Below, piece after piece: positions 23,621 to 35,345 of a stretch of DNA of 64,000 bases. Position 1 is the stretch's first letter; each line of letters opens with the position of its first letter. The notes under the pieces were generated by a model. It was not told where the DNA came from and did not search any database. It saw nothing but the letters and a program-made list of their open reading frames with translations. Source of the DNA: Hemiscyllium ocellatum (lineage: Eukaryota); NCBI RefSeq assembly GCF_020745735.1, contig NC_083443.1, positions 23,487,006-23,551,005 of the forward strand, written 5' to 3'. Both the position numbers and the translations under genes were made by a program.

Positions 23621-24844
23621 ATCATTGTTTTGTATTCATTACATGACATTATTTGTATGTCAACCTATTCAGGTGGATTGAAATGTGAGTGAGTTCACTT
23701 ATTTGGCCTTCTTAGTTTCATTTGTAATGTCATGAGGGAGTGGTTAGAATATGCTAATTGCCCAAACTCTCCTACCAGATATTTAGATATTTTTAAAACT
23801 ACGACTGCGTCTTGGGTTGGAATTAAAACGCATTAGGGCAGAAGCACAAATGAAAGTTGTCCAAATGTTACACCTGATCTCAAAATTCCAATTTTAAATG
23901 TACTTAAAAGTTTGGAAGGATTCCATATCCTCAATGAAGTACTGAAATCATAGTTTCTGTGCACCTGAGATTATTGTATTGACTCAAGAGTGGCAGTCAG
24001 TAAAGTGACACCCAATTTGACATATGAATGAACAAATGAGATTGTGACACAATAGTACGTTGACTTTAAAACCAGTTAGAGAGTGTCATAAATGTTTTTA
24101 ATAAATCCTTTCAACATTAGACATTTGCACTCTACTTTGCTCAGCTTATTTCATGCCATATTGCACAAATGCAAGCCACTGGATGAGTGAAAATGTTACC
24201 CAATTGTGATGTCATTAATGTAGCAGTTAGATTGTGTTGAGGGTCAGAACAGCAAAATCACTGAATGGTAAACTCCTTGGTTCTGACAAATCAATTTATG
24301 TCTGGGAATGTAGGGATTCCTGAATGAAAATAGTCCAAAGTGCATTAAGTTCAACTTCTATGATCTTGATAGCCAAATGTTCTGGTGCTGTAGTTGTTCA
24401 CTAATCAGAAATTAAACTCTGTAAATTTCTGTCAGCTCACTACAGACCTAGAAATTATAGTTTGCATTGATGTGATATATCGGATTTACATTGATACAGC
24501 TACAAATCTCAGGGCTTTCCTCCTGGTGAGTTTTAGGGTCTGCTGTTTTGTAACAAGATGGTTGTTAGCAACAAAATGGGACCAAGTGTGACAGGAAGCA
24601 AACATCAAAATTACAGGAAGTGTGACCATATTATTCGTTACCAATGATTTGGCAACATTATTTCATAATGTAATGCAATTATAGATCATCAGTGTATCAT
24701 TTTTGTGCTCTGTATCCTAAACTATTAGATTCAAAAGATATTTTAAAAAAAAGGAAGCTTTCATTCTGAGTATAGTTTAATTGCTATTGTACTTGCAAGC
24801 AAAAAGATAACTTGCAGATCCTCACAATAGCTTGTTGGTCATAC

Positions 24845-25626
24845 CATTAAACTTCCGAATGATCTTCCCACCATTTGTCCACCACACAGTAGGGGTAGGA
24901 TTTCCTTTAGCCTCACAAAACAAATGGACCTCGTCTCCCAGTGAAACGCTGATGTTCCTGACCTCGGCCGTTGCTAACGGTTTAAAGCAACTCTTTAGTT
25001 CCACCTCGTAGAAAAATTTCCCGGTCCTGGACTCCGGGCCTGAACAGGTTAGGTAAGAATTCATCAAAATCAAAGGGGGGCTGATGGATTTGATAAAGTG
25101 CACAAAACCTTTAAGGCGGCAGTCACAGAGCCACGGGTTATCATGGAGGGCCAGCACTGCGTTGGGATGACGGTTCCCCTGATCCCGAGGCTGCTGGCTC
25201 CTCTGATAAACTGACCAGTTCAAGAACACATCTTGGGAAATCACCGTGAGTTGGTTGAAAGACATGTCCAGGAAGGTGAGGTTGATGAGATGCCTGAGTG
25301 CGTATTCTGGGAGGACGTCCAGTCGATTGTGCTTCAGATCCAAGATCTTCAACGCCGGACAATCCTGGAAAGCTGTCCATGGTACTGAACGCAGTTTGTT
25401 CCCTTGCAGCCTCAGCTCGGACAGATCCTGCAAATGCTGCAGACTCTTCACATGCATGAGCGTGATCTGGTTAAAGTTTAACCACAGGTATTCCAAGGCA
25501 CGAACTCTGGAGAATGCACCCCGAGGCAGTTCTGCCAGACGGGAGTTTTCGATTCGGATCTTTCTAACATCGTGTGGAATATCCTCTGGTATTCGCTGCA
25601 AAGAGGAAGGCATGCAGATCAGACTT
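24845..25626 (-). CDS. LRIT2: LRIT2 coding exon 2 (LRRs, LRRCT, first half of Ig domain)
   Basis: Acceptor ttttgcag|A at 25627/25626. LxxLxLxxN repeats, LRRCT NPWLCDC, Ig motif CEAKGNPTPTVWW. Donor G|gtatg at 24845/24844. Confidence 0.95.
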
Positions 25627-25741
25627 CTGCAAAACAAGAAAGATACAGGCATTTACAAACTATCCTTTCTGGTTAATAAAAAAAGAATATGGCAAATGTT
25701 ACGAAATGGTATTGAGATAGCAATAGGAACTTGCCTCTCAC

Positions 25742-25848
25742 CTTCCAAAGCTGTCATTCCTACAATAACATTCGGACACACAAGAAGCAGCTGTTGGTTT
25801 TGTACCACAGACCAGCAGAAGAACGAACATACTCCAAATTATGTCCAT
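25742..25848 (-). CDS. LRIT2: LRIT2 coding exon 1 (signal peptide + LRRNT start)
   Basis: ATG at 25848: MDIIWSMFVLLLVCGTKPTAASCVSECYCRNDSFGR. Donor AG|gtgag at 25742/25741; 107 nt, phase 2. Too short for the ORF track. Confidence 0.92.
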
Positions 25849-25889
25849 GATTGCTTCAACGTAGGCAAAGCGTTTGGCTTCACACCAGA

Positions 25890-26210
25890 CCTGTCTATAG
25901 TTAGGGATTATATCGAATCACATTAACAGTAATCTTATCTGACGCAACTTTGGGCTGGGCGGAAGGCAAGATATGTCGGTGAAAATAAGATAAAGTCCTA
26001 CTTTCATTCTCCAGAGCAACCCGGCTGGTCCTCCAGGACCGAATAAGATTGCTCAATATACTGGAATATATTGATGCTTATTTTAATCAACTGGGGAATC
26101 GCGGTGTTACAAAACCAAATTGAAAACGAAATTCATTCCGACTTCTTAGCGTTAATCTGAAACAAACACGACACATCCATGCTGCTCAAATTCAACTCTA
26201 ATCCGCACCA
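25890..26210 (-). promoter_or_regulatory. Putative LRIT2 proximal promoter with CRX/OTX2-type sites
   Basis: GGATTA (TAATCC on minus) at 25905-25910, TAATCT at 25930 and 26153, TAATCC at 26199, all just upstream of the ATG. The region is CpG-enriched. Confidence 0.5.
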
Positions 26211-26285
26211 GTTCGTTTTTCAAATGTACGTTTTATGTGACCCGCTTTCAGATAAATGCGATCTGAGGGCCGGGGGGTTATAGCC

Positions 26286-26411
26286 TTCCTCTGAAGGGTC
26301 ATATTAGACTCCGAACGTTAAATCTCTATTTCTCCACAGACACTGCCAGACCTGTTGAGTTTTGCTAACACGTTCTGTTTCAGATTTCCAGCATCCCCAG
26401 TATTTTGCTTT
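26286..26411 (+). mobile_element. Old PLE terminal fragment (third family); related pieces at about 12295-12390 (-) and 29900-30030 (+)
   Basis: Degenerate ctgaag..gggtc...gactc.gaacgtta hammerhead-like motif followed by the ctgccagacctg...ttccagcatc terminus. Confidence 0.55.
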
Positions 26412-26759
26412 AATCACTATGTACGTGTGGCCTTATTTATAGTGTATCCCCTGTACAGAGTCTGGACAAGATATACATCATCCAGTAACTGACTTATGAA
26501 ATCGTGTTGATGACAGTTAAATTTCTATAATATTAGTTCCATTTCGGAGATGTATACTAATTGGTGCAAACGCTAACTAAAGGAAATGTTTAATGGCTGC
26601 TATAAAAGAAAAGATTTCTATTTATTTAGCATATTTCTCAATTTCAGGAGACCCCAAAGGATTTGCAGTCAATTAAGTACTTTAACACTAGCTATTGTAG
26701 TGTAAGCTTTAGGCAGTGGCTTTAGCAGTTATGGCTTTAGAGCAGGTTCTATCCGTCTC

Positions 26760-28533
26760 TGATGTGGAGGTGCAGGTGTCGGACTGGGATGGACAAGGTC
26801 AGAAGTAACACCAAACCAGGTTATAGTCAATCAAATTTATTTGAAATCACAAGCTTTCAGAGAGCTGTTCTTTCATCAGGTGAAGTGAGGAGGAGCACAC
26901 AGGCACAGGATTTATAATCAACAAGATCATATAAGTTGCATGAGTGTCCACTGGCTGAATAAATCTCTGCAGGTGATCAAAAGAGTCCGACTGTGTGAGC
27001 AAAATGTCAACAGCTGAACGACCAGTGAATGGATGACCTATTACCTGATTAATTGAGGTAGAGAGATAATTATATTTTTTTTAAAAAAAGGTGGTGCTGG
27101 AGACCAAATGGCTGGAATAACATGATGGGTATAAGGGTCTAACCAAAGTAACAAGAAAACTGTACAAACTAATTAAGGTAGAGAGATCGTAATGAGTTAT
27201 CAAGGTGATGGTGTCAAAATCAGCTTCCACGGTAAACATATTAAAGAAGCCATCCCCTGCAGACAAGCCCTGCATATACACAGGATCTGTTCAGATGAAG
27301 AGGACATGACAGGCAATAAAAAAATGTTGGAAGATGCCCCCATAAGAACGGGATACGAGGCTCAACTCATCGATCACCAGTTCCAACATGCCACAGCAAA
27401 CAACTGTATATACCTCCTCAAAAGAAAGACATAGGACTCAACCGATAGAGTACCCTTCATCATCCAGTACTTCCCTGCAATGGAGAAACTAAACCATGTT
27501 CTTTGCAGCCTTCAACATGTCACTGATGACGATGAACATCTTACCAAGATCATTCCTACATCTCCACTTCTCACCTTCAAACAACCACCAAACCTTAAAC
27601 AGTTCATCATTCTGCCCAGTAAACTGCCCAGGACAACAATGACCACAGCATCACACAACCCTGCCATTACAACATCTGCAAAACATGTCAAATCATCGAC
27701 ATGGCTACTACCATCATATGTGGGAACACCACCCACCATGTACTCATGTGAGTCAGCCAATGTTGTCTATCTCTTATGTTGCAGGCAAGTATGCCCCGAG
27801 GCATAGTATATTGGCAGGACCATGCAGACACAATGACAATGGACAAATGGACACCATGCAACCATCGCCAGACAGGAATCTTCCCTCCCATTTGACGTTA
27901 TTTGTAACACTTCAGCAGTCAAGGGCATTCAGCCTCCTATCTTTGAGTAAGTATCCTTCAAGGCAGCCCTTGAAATACACAGAATCGCCAAGCAGAAATT
28001 GATAGCTAAGTTCCGAACCCATAAAGACAGCCTCAGCTATGATCTTGGGTTCATGTCACACTATATGTGACCCTACCATACTGTTTTGTGCATGTAAACA
28101 TTTTCTTACCATACTCTTTTGCACCTTTGCCTTGATAAATTGTTATGATCTCTCTACCTTAATTAGTTTGTACAGTTTTGGATCACTTGTTAGTATGGTT
28201 ATGACTATTATGTTATTCCAGTCATTTGGCTTATCTCCAGCACCACTTTTTTTTTGTAATTGTCTCTCTGCCTCAATTAATAAGATTATAGGTCATGCCT
28301 TCAATGGCTATTTTACTCACACAGTCAGACACTCTTGATCATCTATAGAGATTTAATATTCAGCCTGTGGACACTAAACCCACACCATTTCTATGATATT
28401 TTGATCTCTCTGATTATAAATTCTTCACCTGCGTGCTTCTCTTCACTTCACCTGATGAAAGAACAGCGCTCCAACGCTTGTGATTTCTAATAAACCTGTT
28501 GGACTTTAACCTGGTGTGATGTGACTTCTGATC
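26760..28533 (+). mobile_element. Decayed Penelope-like element (family B) with inverted copy of its 3' end
   Basis: HIKEAIPCRQALHIHRICSDEE and CESANVVYLLCCRQVCP..YIG remnants. 26760-27215 is an inverted copy of the 3' region ending at about 28530. Confidence 0.85.
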
Positions 28534-29067
28534 TGAAGATATATCCCGGGAGCACTGGGCTCGGCTATAATCTGAAATGCATGTTGCCATTGGAATGTCG
28601 AAATAACTAGGGCAACATAACTATGTTTAATTTCTAAACCATTATTCCTCTGTCCGCTGTTCAATGAGGCTTCCAAACGCATGAAGGACAGTGCCAGACC
28701 TCTCCTGATGTTCTCTGACATTTCTCCCTCCTCTTTTGGAAATCCAGACACCAAGCATGAAGAAATAAAACAGGTGCCACGCCACTCTCTCTGCAGTTTG
28801 TTCTCCCTCAAGCTGCAGTGAGCTAACCTTTCTGGCTGTTACCACACTGAAACTTCGGGTGGTCCTCTGTAGACGAGCTATTCATATCTCTGGATAATGG
28901 AATACTCTTTATAGAGGGGGCGGAGAAAGCATAAAGTCTCCAGATATTTAGATGAAAGTCAAATATGAGGAGTCCTCTGTGGAATGTTACACACTGGTTG
29001 TGAAATTAGGTGAATTAAGGGAAGTTAACACCCTAGTGGTATTATCACTGGACTGTTAATCCAGAGA

Positions 29068-29586
29068 GTTGAAAAGGGCAGAGCTGGAAACGCACAGCAG
29101 GTTAGCCAGCATCTGAGGAGCTGGCAAATCATTGTTTCAGGCATAAGTGGCCCAGTGGCTCACACTGAACACCATAGCACCAAGGACCCGGGTTCGATTC
29201 CAGTCTCAGGCAGCTGTCTGTGTAGAGTTTGCACACTCTCCACATGTCTGCGTGGGTTTCCTCTGGGTGCCCCAGTTGCATCCCACAATCCAAAGATGTG
29301 CAGGTTAGGTGAATTAGCCATGCTCAATTACCCATTGTATTTAAGGATGTGTAGGTTAGGTGCATAGGTCATGGGTAAATGTTGAGTAATAGGGTAGGGG
29401 AATGGTCTGGGTGGGGTACTCTTCGGAGGGTCGGTGTGGACTTGTTTGTCCAACTAGCCTGTTTCCACACTGTAGGGATTTTATGATAAGCCCTTCATCA
29501 GGATGCTGCCTGACCTGCTGTGCTTTTTCAGCGCCACCCTTTTTGACTCTGACTCTCCAGCATCTCCAGTCCTCACTTTTTCCCTA
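29068..29586. mobile_element. Three-level nest: HE1-like SINE (29148-29485) inside a family A fold-back, inside a second SINE family
   Basis: Fold-back TSD TTAATCCAGAGA (29056-29067 / 29587-29598). SINE TSD ATAAG (29143-29147 / 29486-29490). Confidence 0.8.
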
Positions 29587-30710
29587 TTAATCCAGAGACT
29601 AAGGTAATGCCCTGGGGTCACATCCCACCAAGGCATTTGTGGAATTTGAATTCAATGCAATTCTGGAGGTAGGAGTCTGATGATGACCATTGCCGATAGT
29701 CAGGAAAAACCATCTGATTCACAAATGCTCTTTAACGAACACTCTTCCTTTAGGGAAGGAAAATGTTTTGGTGTACATGTGACTTCAGACCCACAGTAAT
29801 ATGATTGACTCTTAAATATCATCAGGACAATTCGGGATGGGCAATAAATGCTGGGAAAACCAGGGATATCTGGAATCATACTCCAGAGGATGTCAAATCA
29901 AAGCACCTAAAAACTGGACTTGAAACGTTAAGTCTGATTTCTCTCTACAGATGCTGCCAGACCTGTTGTTTTTCCTAGAAATTTCAGTTTTTGTTTCAGG
30001 TTTTCAGTATCCACAGATTTTTTTTGTTTATTGTAAAATTACTGATTCCTGGAAGTCTTATGCATTATTACAGTGGTGTAAGTTGACAACAGATTTCTCC
30101 AAATTTGGAAGTGTTTTCATTGCAACAATTCAGAAAATGGGAATGGTCAAGAAATGCAATTAACAACAGTGTCCAGTAGACAAGAGTTTATGGGGAGTTT
30201 GAGAAGCACTGAAACACCAAATTCTAACAAGCTCCTGTCTAAAAGGGGTAAAACCCAGAGTGAATTTCACAGCAATGAATACCAAATAGATTCTCATCAG
30301 AGTTACCAAACCTTTCCAATAGATGCTTTATGAATAAAATGGGTATTGCCAAGACAGACAATTCCCTAATCACCACATTATGCAAGAGCCAAGAGTCAAC
30401 AGTAGCTTTATTTGTCATTTCTACCATATACAACTAAGACAGTAAGAATGAGATAGCATTCCTCCAGGAACGAGGGTGCTACATGGACAGCACAAAGTAC
30501 ACGATCATACACAGGGCAGCACGAAGTGCATAAGAAGTACAAAACATGCAAGACAGCATTCGTTTAAAATTGTGCAACTGTGCAATCAGCTATTTTATGG
30601 AATAAACTGTGGAATGTCCATTTCCTTATGTCCTCAGCTACATAGAAACTTCAAAAATGAGAGCAGGACTAGGCCATTCAGGCCTTCAGGTTTTCTCCAC
30701 CATTCATTGA

Positions 30711-32010
30711 GTCATAGAATCAGACAGCAAGGAAACAGACCCTTCGGTCTAACCAGTCCATGTTGACCATAATCCCAAAGGAGAAAGTGAGGACTGCAGA
30801 TGCTAGAGAGCAGAGTTGAGTGTGGGGTGCTGGAAAAGCACAGCAGGTCAGGCAGCATCTGAGGAGCAGGAGAGATCTACCTAAGTGGAGGGCCCATATC
30901 CTTCCAAACATTTCTTAATCATGTGCTTACCCAAAGCCTTTTAAACACTGTAATTGTACCCACATCCACCATTTCCTCTGGAAGTTAATTCCACACACGA
31001 ACCAACTCTCTACGCAAAAAAAAAGTATTTTTCATTTATCTTTCAATATGATCATGGTTGATCAACCAACTCAGTACCTTGTTCCTGTTTCTCCTAACAC
31101 AGTTTGATCCCTATCGCCCTAAGAACTATACATAACATCTTGAAATCATTTAGTGGTTTGGCCTCAACCACTTTCTCTAGTAGAAAATTCCACAGACTGA
31201 CCACTCTCTGGGTGAAGATAATTCTCCTCATCTCAGATCTAAATGGCCTACCTCATATCCTTAGACTGTGACCTCTGGTTCTGGACTTCCTATTCATTGC
31301 AAACATCTTTCCTGCAGTTACCCTGTCCAGTCCTGTTAGAATTGTATAGGCTTCAATGAGATTTCCCCCTCATTCTTTTAAAATTCCACTGGATACATCC
31401 TCACTAATCTGGTGTCTTCACATTCTTGATTGTGTACTTGTATAAAATCTGATCAGAACACACAGAGGTTTTTAGAGCATTGAAAGAAGCCCATTGGCCC
31501 ATCATGTCCATGCTGATCATCAAGCATCCATTTATTCTAATCCCATTTTCCAGCACTTAGTGAGCAGGAAATCTGTTTTTTAACAATACAAAACCAAGAA
31601 TGAAGGAAGTGGTTGGCTTTTTTCATTCACCCTTCCTCAGAAAACTAAGTTTTCCCACCCAACTCAATCCTACCTACCTTCACAGCCTTGTATGCTGTGT
31701 CATTTCAAGTTTTGTCTAAATAGTCTTAAATGTCTTGATGAATCTTGCCTCTACCACCCTTTCAGGCAGTGAATTTCAGGTAACCACAACCCTCTGAGTG
31801 AAATAAAAATCCTCAAATCCCCTCTAAATTTCCTGCTCTGTAATTTAAAATTTTGCTACTGGTAATTGACACCTCTACTAAGGGAAAAAGTTCCTCCTAC
31901 CTACCCCGACTATGTACCTCAGAAGTTTATACAATTAGATCCGACGTCAACCTTTTCTGCTGTAAGTAAAATAACCCCAATCCATCCAGTCTCTCTTGGT
32001 TAGATAGGCT
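30711..32010 (-). mobile_element. Several CR1-like LINE 3' fragments (minus), with a small PLE piece at 30781-30872
   Basis: Reverse complements of CR1 3' UTR / C-terminal ORF2 (e.g. ERLDGLGLF). Confidence 0.7.
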
Positions 32011-33010
32011 GTGTAGACTAATAGATGCGGAGGTGCCGAAGATGGACTGAGGGGGGACAAAGTTAAAACTCGCACAAGTTATCTGATGAAGGACCAGTGC
32101 TCTGAAAGCTAGTACTTTCAAATAAACCTGTTGGTCTATAACCTGGTGTTGTGTGATTTTTAACTTAGATAAAATATTTCATTGTAACCCTTTACAAACA
32201 ATGAATATTCTCCAAACAAAATTATAACAGAACATTAAGAGTTTACCTTGACATTCATGGATCATAAGGAGAATCCCCAGACGTAAGAGTTGATAGGGGA
32301 ATTGTTTCATGGAATTCAAGAGTTAGAGTGGTAAAAATGAATAACATGCCTTCACACTTGAAAGCAGGGCTTTCACCTCTAATGGTGCAATTTTTCATGC
32401 AATATTTTTTGTAAGAATCCTGAATGAAATTAGTAAAATCTAATTCCTGATGGGAGACAAAACTCAAAAGTTTGATTTTGCACAGAAGTGGCAGTCTCAG
32501 AGAAATGAGAGAGCTGGTGTGAGAAATAGAAATCTCAGGTGCTTTTGCAGTTGATTTTCTCTGAAACAGCAAAGGACCAAAAGAGGATGAGATTCATTAT
32601 TCTGTGTCTGACCCAGTCTGGGAATAAACATGAAATATTTGCTTAGAAATGGCAATTAGTTAATTCTTCCAGTATTCTGACTGCTGGTGTCTTATTTTGA
32701 TGAGAATCCAAAATTGCAGGCCAATACGAATTCTGAATCTTTATTATAAAGACATTTTTGCATTAATATAACACTTTACCATGTCTTTTAAAACATACCA
32801 CCTGTCTTAATGTACAAGGAATTGCTATAAAATTTGTAGTAGCTATTTTCTACAGAAGATCCTACAAACAGTATTGTATTAGTGAGCAGGCAATCTGTTT
32901 TTTTAACAATACTAAAACACAAGAATGAAGGAAATGGTTGGCTTTTTTCATTCACCCTTCCTCAGAAAACGAAGTTTTCCCACCCAACTCAATCTCACCT
33001 ACCTTCAGCC
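31557..33010 (+). repeat. Dispersed direct duplication of about 130 bp (31557-31687 and 32879-33010)
   Basis: Both read ttagtgagcagg.aatctgtttttt...gaatgaaggaa.tggttggcttttttcattcacccttcctcagaaaac.aagttttcccacccaactcaatc...cctaccttc. Confidence 0.9.
32022..32166. mobile_element. Fold-back PLE pLTR (family B)
   Basis: Inverted terminal piece followed by CTGATGAAGG...CTGAAAGCTAG...ggtgttgtgtgatttttaactt. Confidence 0.7.
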
Positions 33011-33282
33011 CCACATCCACATTCCAGCATCCAAATGCACTTTGAAGACCACAGATGTTTTTAGACCTAATGTCTGGCCCTAACTATAATTTATGCCATA
33101 CATTAACCATTTCCAACAAATGAGAATCCAATTATCATCCTGTGACATCTATTGGCATTATCATTGCTGAATTCTCCAATGTCAATACCTAGGGGTAACC
33201 ATCATTCAGAAATGAACAGAACCAGCCATATAAATGTTTTAGCTGCAACGGCAGGTCAGATGCAAAGAATCTTGCAGCAAAT

Positions 33283-33572
33283 AACCAGAGGGCATAGGTT
33301 TAGGGTGAGAGGGACAAATTACAAAACAGACCTAAGGGACAACTTTTTCATGCAGAGGGTGGTACAGAATGAGCTGCCAGAGGCAGTGGTGGAGGCTAGT
33401 ACAATTGCAACATTTAAAAGGCATCTGGATGGGTATATGAATAGGAAGGGTTTGGAGGGATATGGGTCGAGTGCTTGCGGGTGGTACTAGATTGGGTTGA
33501 GCTATCTGGTCGGCATTGACGAGTTGGACTGAAGGGTCTGTTTCTGTGTTGTAAGTCTCTATGGCTTTATGA
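33283..33572 (+). mobile_element. CR1/HER1 3' end
   Basis: TRGHRFRVRG...FKRHLDGYM plus 3' UTR. Confidence 0.85.
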
Positions 33573-33589
33573 CTTGAAATAATCCCCAA

Positions 33590-34070
33590 AGCCTAACCAC
33601 CATCTCCAAGCCACAAGTCAAGAGTGTGATGGAATACTCCCTATTTGCCTGAATGATTGCTGCTCCAACAAAATTCAAGAAGCTTGACAACATCCATGAC
33701 AAATCAGCCTGCTTCATTGGCATTACATCTTCAAGCATTCACTCCCACCACTACTGATGCTCAGTAGCAACAATGTGTACCATCTACAAAATGCACTACT
33801 GCAATTCACCAAGGTTCCTTAGACAGCAGCTTACAAACGCATGACCACCACCATCTAGGGTAGTGGATACATGGGAACCTTACCACCCACAAGTTCCATT
33901 CTGTGCCTCTCACACTCCCAACTTGGAAATATACCTCCATACCTTCATTGTCACTATATTGAAATCCTAACAGCATTGTGGGTCTACCAAAAAGAGGGCA
34001 ATGTTTCAAGAAAGCTGCTTACCTCCTCCTTCTCAAGGGCAACTAGGGATGGTGATAAATGCTGGCAGAC
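33590..34070 (+). mobile_element. 3' end of a second non-LTR LINE family
   Basis: QVKSVMEYSLFA*MIAAPTKFKKLDNIHDKSACFIG (RT C-terminal region) and tail agggcaactagggatg...ataaatgctgg. Confidence 0.7.
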
Positions 34071-35084
34071 CAAATGATATCACATCTCAAAAATATACTT
34101 TTAAAAATCTACTATCTCAGTATTGATCACTCCTTACCTGACAAAGTGATCCCTGCAATTGATCCTAAATGGAGCTTTAACTTTGATTGTACCTATGTTT
34201 GTTTGTCCTGCATGCTTGATTCAACTTGCAATGATTATTTAGAATTGGTTAACTGTTCCATCCTATTCCTCCTTCATTTATAATACTGGCTGTCTTCTCA
34301 TTCTCTTCTTTTTGAACTCTGTAATCTCTCCAGGTTCAGTTTTTTGTCAATTTGGATCAGCCACATTGCCCTTCCCTGCCTCACTTGGTCTTGATGGCCA
34401 TTTGGTCCTACTCAAAGTCATTTGCCTTATTCATTGCGTAACCTTGCAAATGCACTACAAAGTTCACCAAGACGACCTTAGATTTATATTCCACATTTTG
34501 ACAATAAAATACTGCCCTCAGAAAGGGTTTACATGAAAAACAATCTCAAGGCAGTGGGTGATTTAGATAAAATGCATGGTGTATAGGCATTGTCTCAAAA
34601 AGGTGAAGCGCTAAGTGCTCAATAAAGGAATTATGGGAAATTTGTTGGCCAGAGTGAAACCATGATTTCCTGTATGTTCAGGAAATGTTCTTAAAATTGG
34701 TTTCCTGCTTCCATATTTTGCCCTGAGTATTCTGTAATATGAAGGTGCACCTATCATTGTTCATAATATTTCCTTTCTTAAAAGAAAATAATACCCTATA
34801 TTCAACTTACTTAAAAATAATTTCCCTACCTTGTATACTTTGAGAATGTATTGAGACCAACTGGGAAGGTTTTCTAAAAAGTACCAAGAAAAACATTTGA
34901 ATCTTGACTACCTTAAGTCTCATACATACACAAAAGCCAGGAAAGCTTAAAATAGTTGCTTAACATTGTTATAATCTTTTATAAGCTTGACATATGTTGC
35001 AGAATTTATTGGTAAGCTTACATTTTTTTTCTTTAGCTGGGAATGTCTGCTGTGTTAGCTTAGGTTTGTCAGTAGGGGGAGGTC

Positions 35085-35345
35085 AGAACGAGAGGAAATA
35101 GGTTTAGGGTGAGAGGGGAAAGATCTCAAAGAGACCTAAGGTTTTCACGCAAAGGGTGGTACGTGTGTGGATTGGGCTGCCAGAGGAAGTGGTGGAAGCT
35201 GGTACAATTGCAACATTTAAAAGGCATTGAATGGGTATATGAATAGGAAGGGTTTAGAGGGATATGGGCCAAGTGCTGGCAGCAAGGACAGATTAGACCA
35301 AAGGGTCTGTTCCATGCTGTACGCCTCTATGACTCTATGACTATA
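35085..35345 (+). mobile_element. CR1/HER1 3' end
   Basis: Same 3' UTR with (ctatgact)n tail. Confidence 0.8.

Noticed and set aside
25246-25926. 226-aa plus-strand ORF
   Set aside because: Antisense to LRIT2 exons 1-2 and intron 1; no recognisable domain.
28642-28845. Minus-strand ORF with hydrophobic HLFYFFMLGVW, considered as the LRIT2 signal-peptide exon
   Set aside because: The true exon 1 (25742-25848) has the ATG, LRRNT cysteines and a correct-phase donor. This ORF lacks them.
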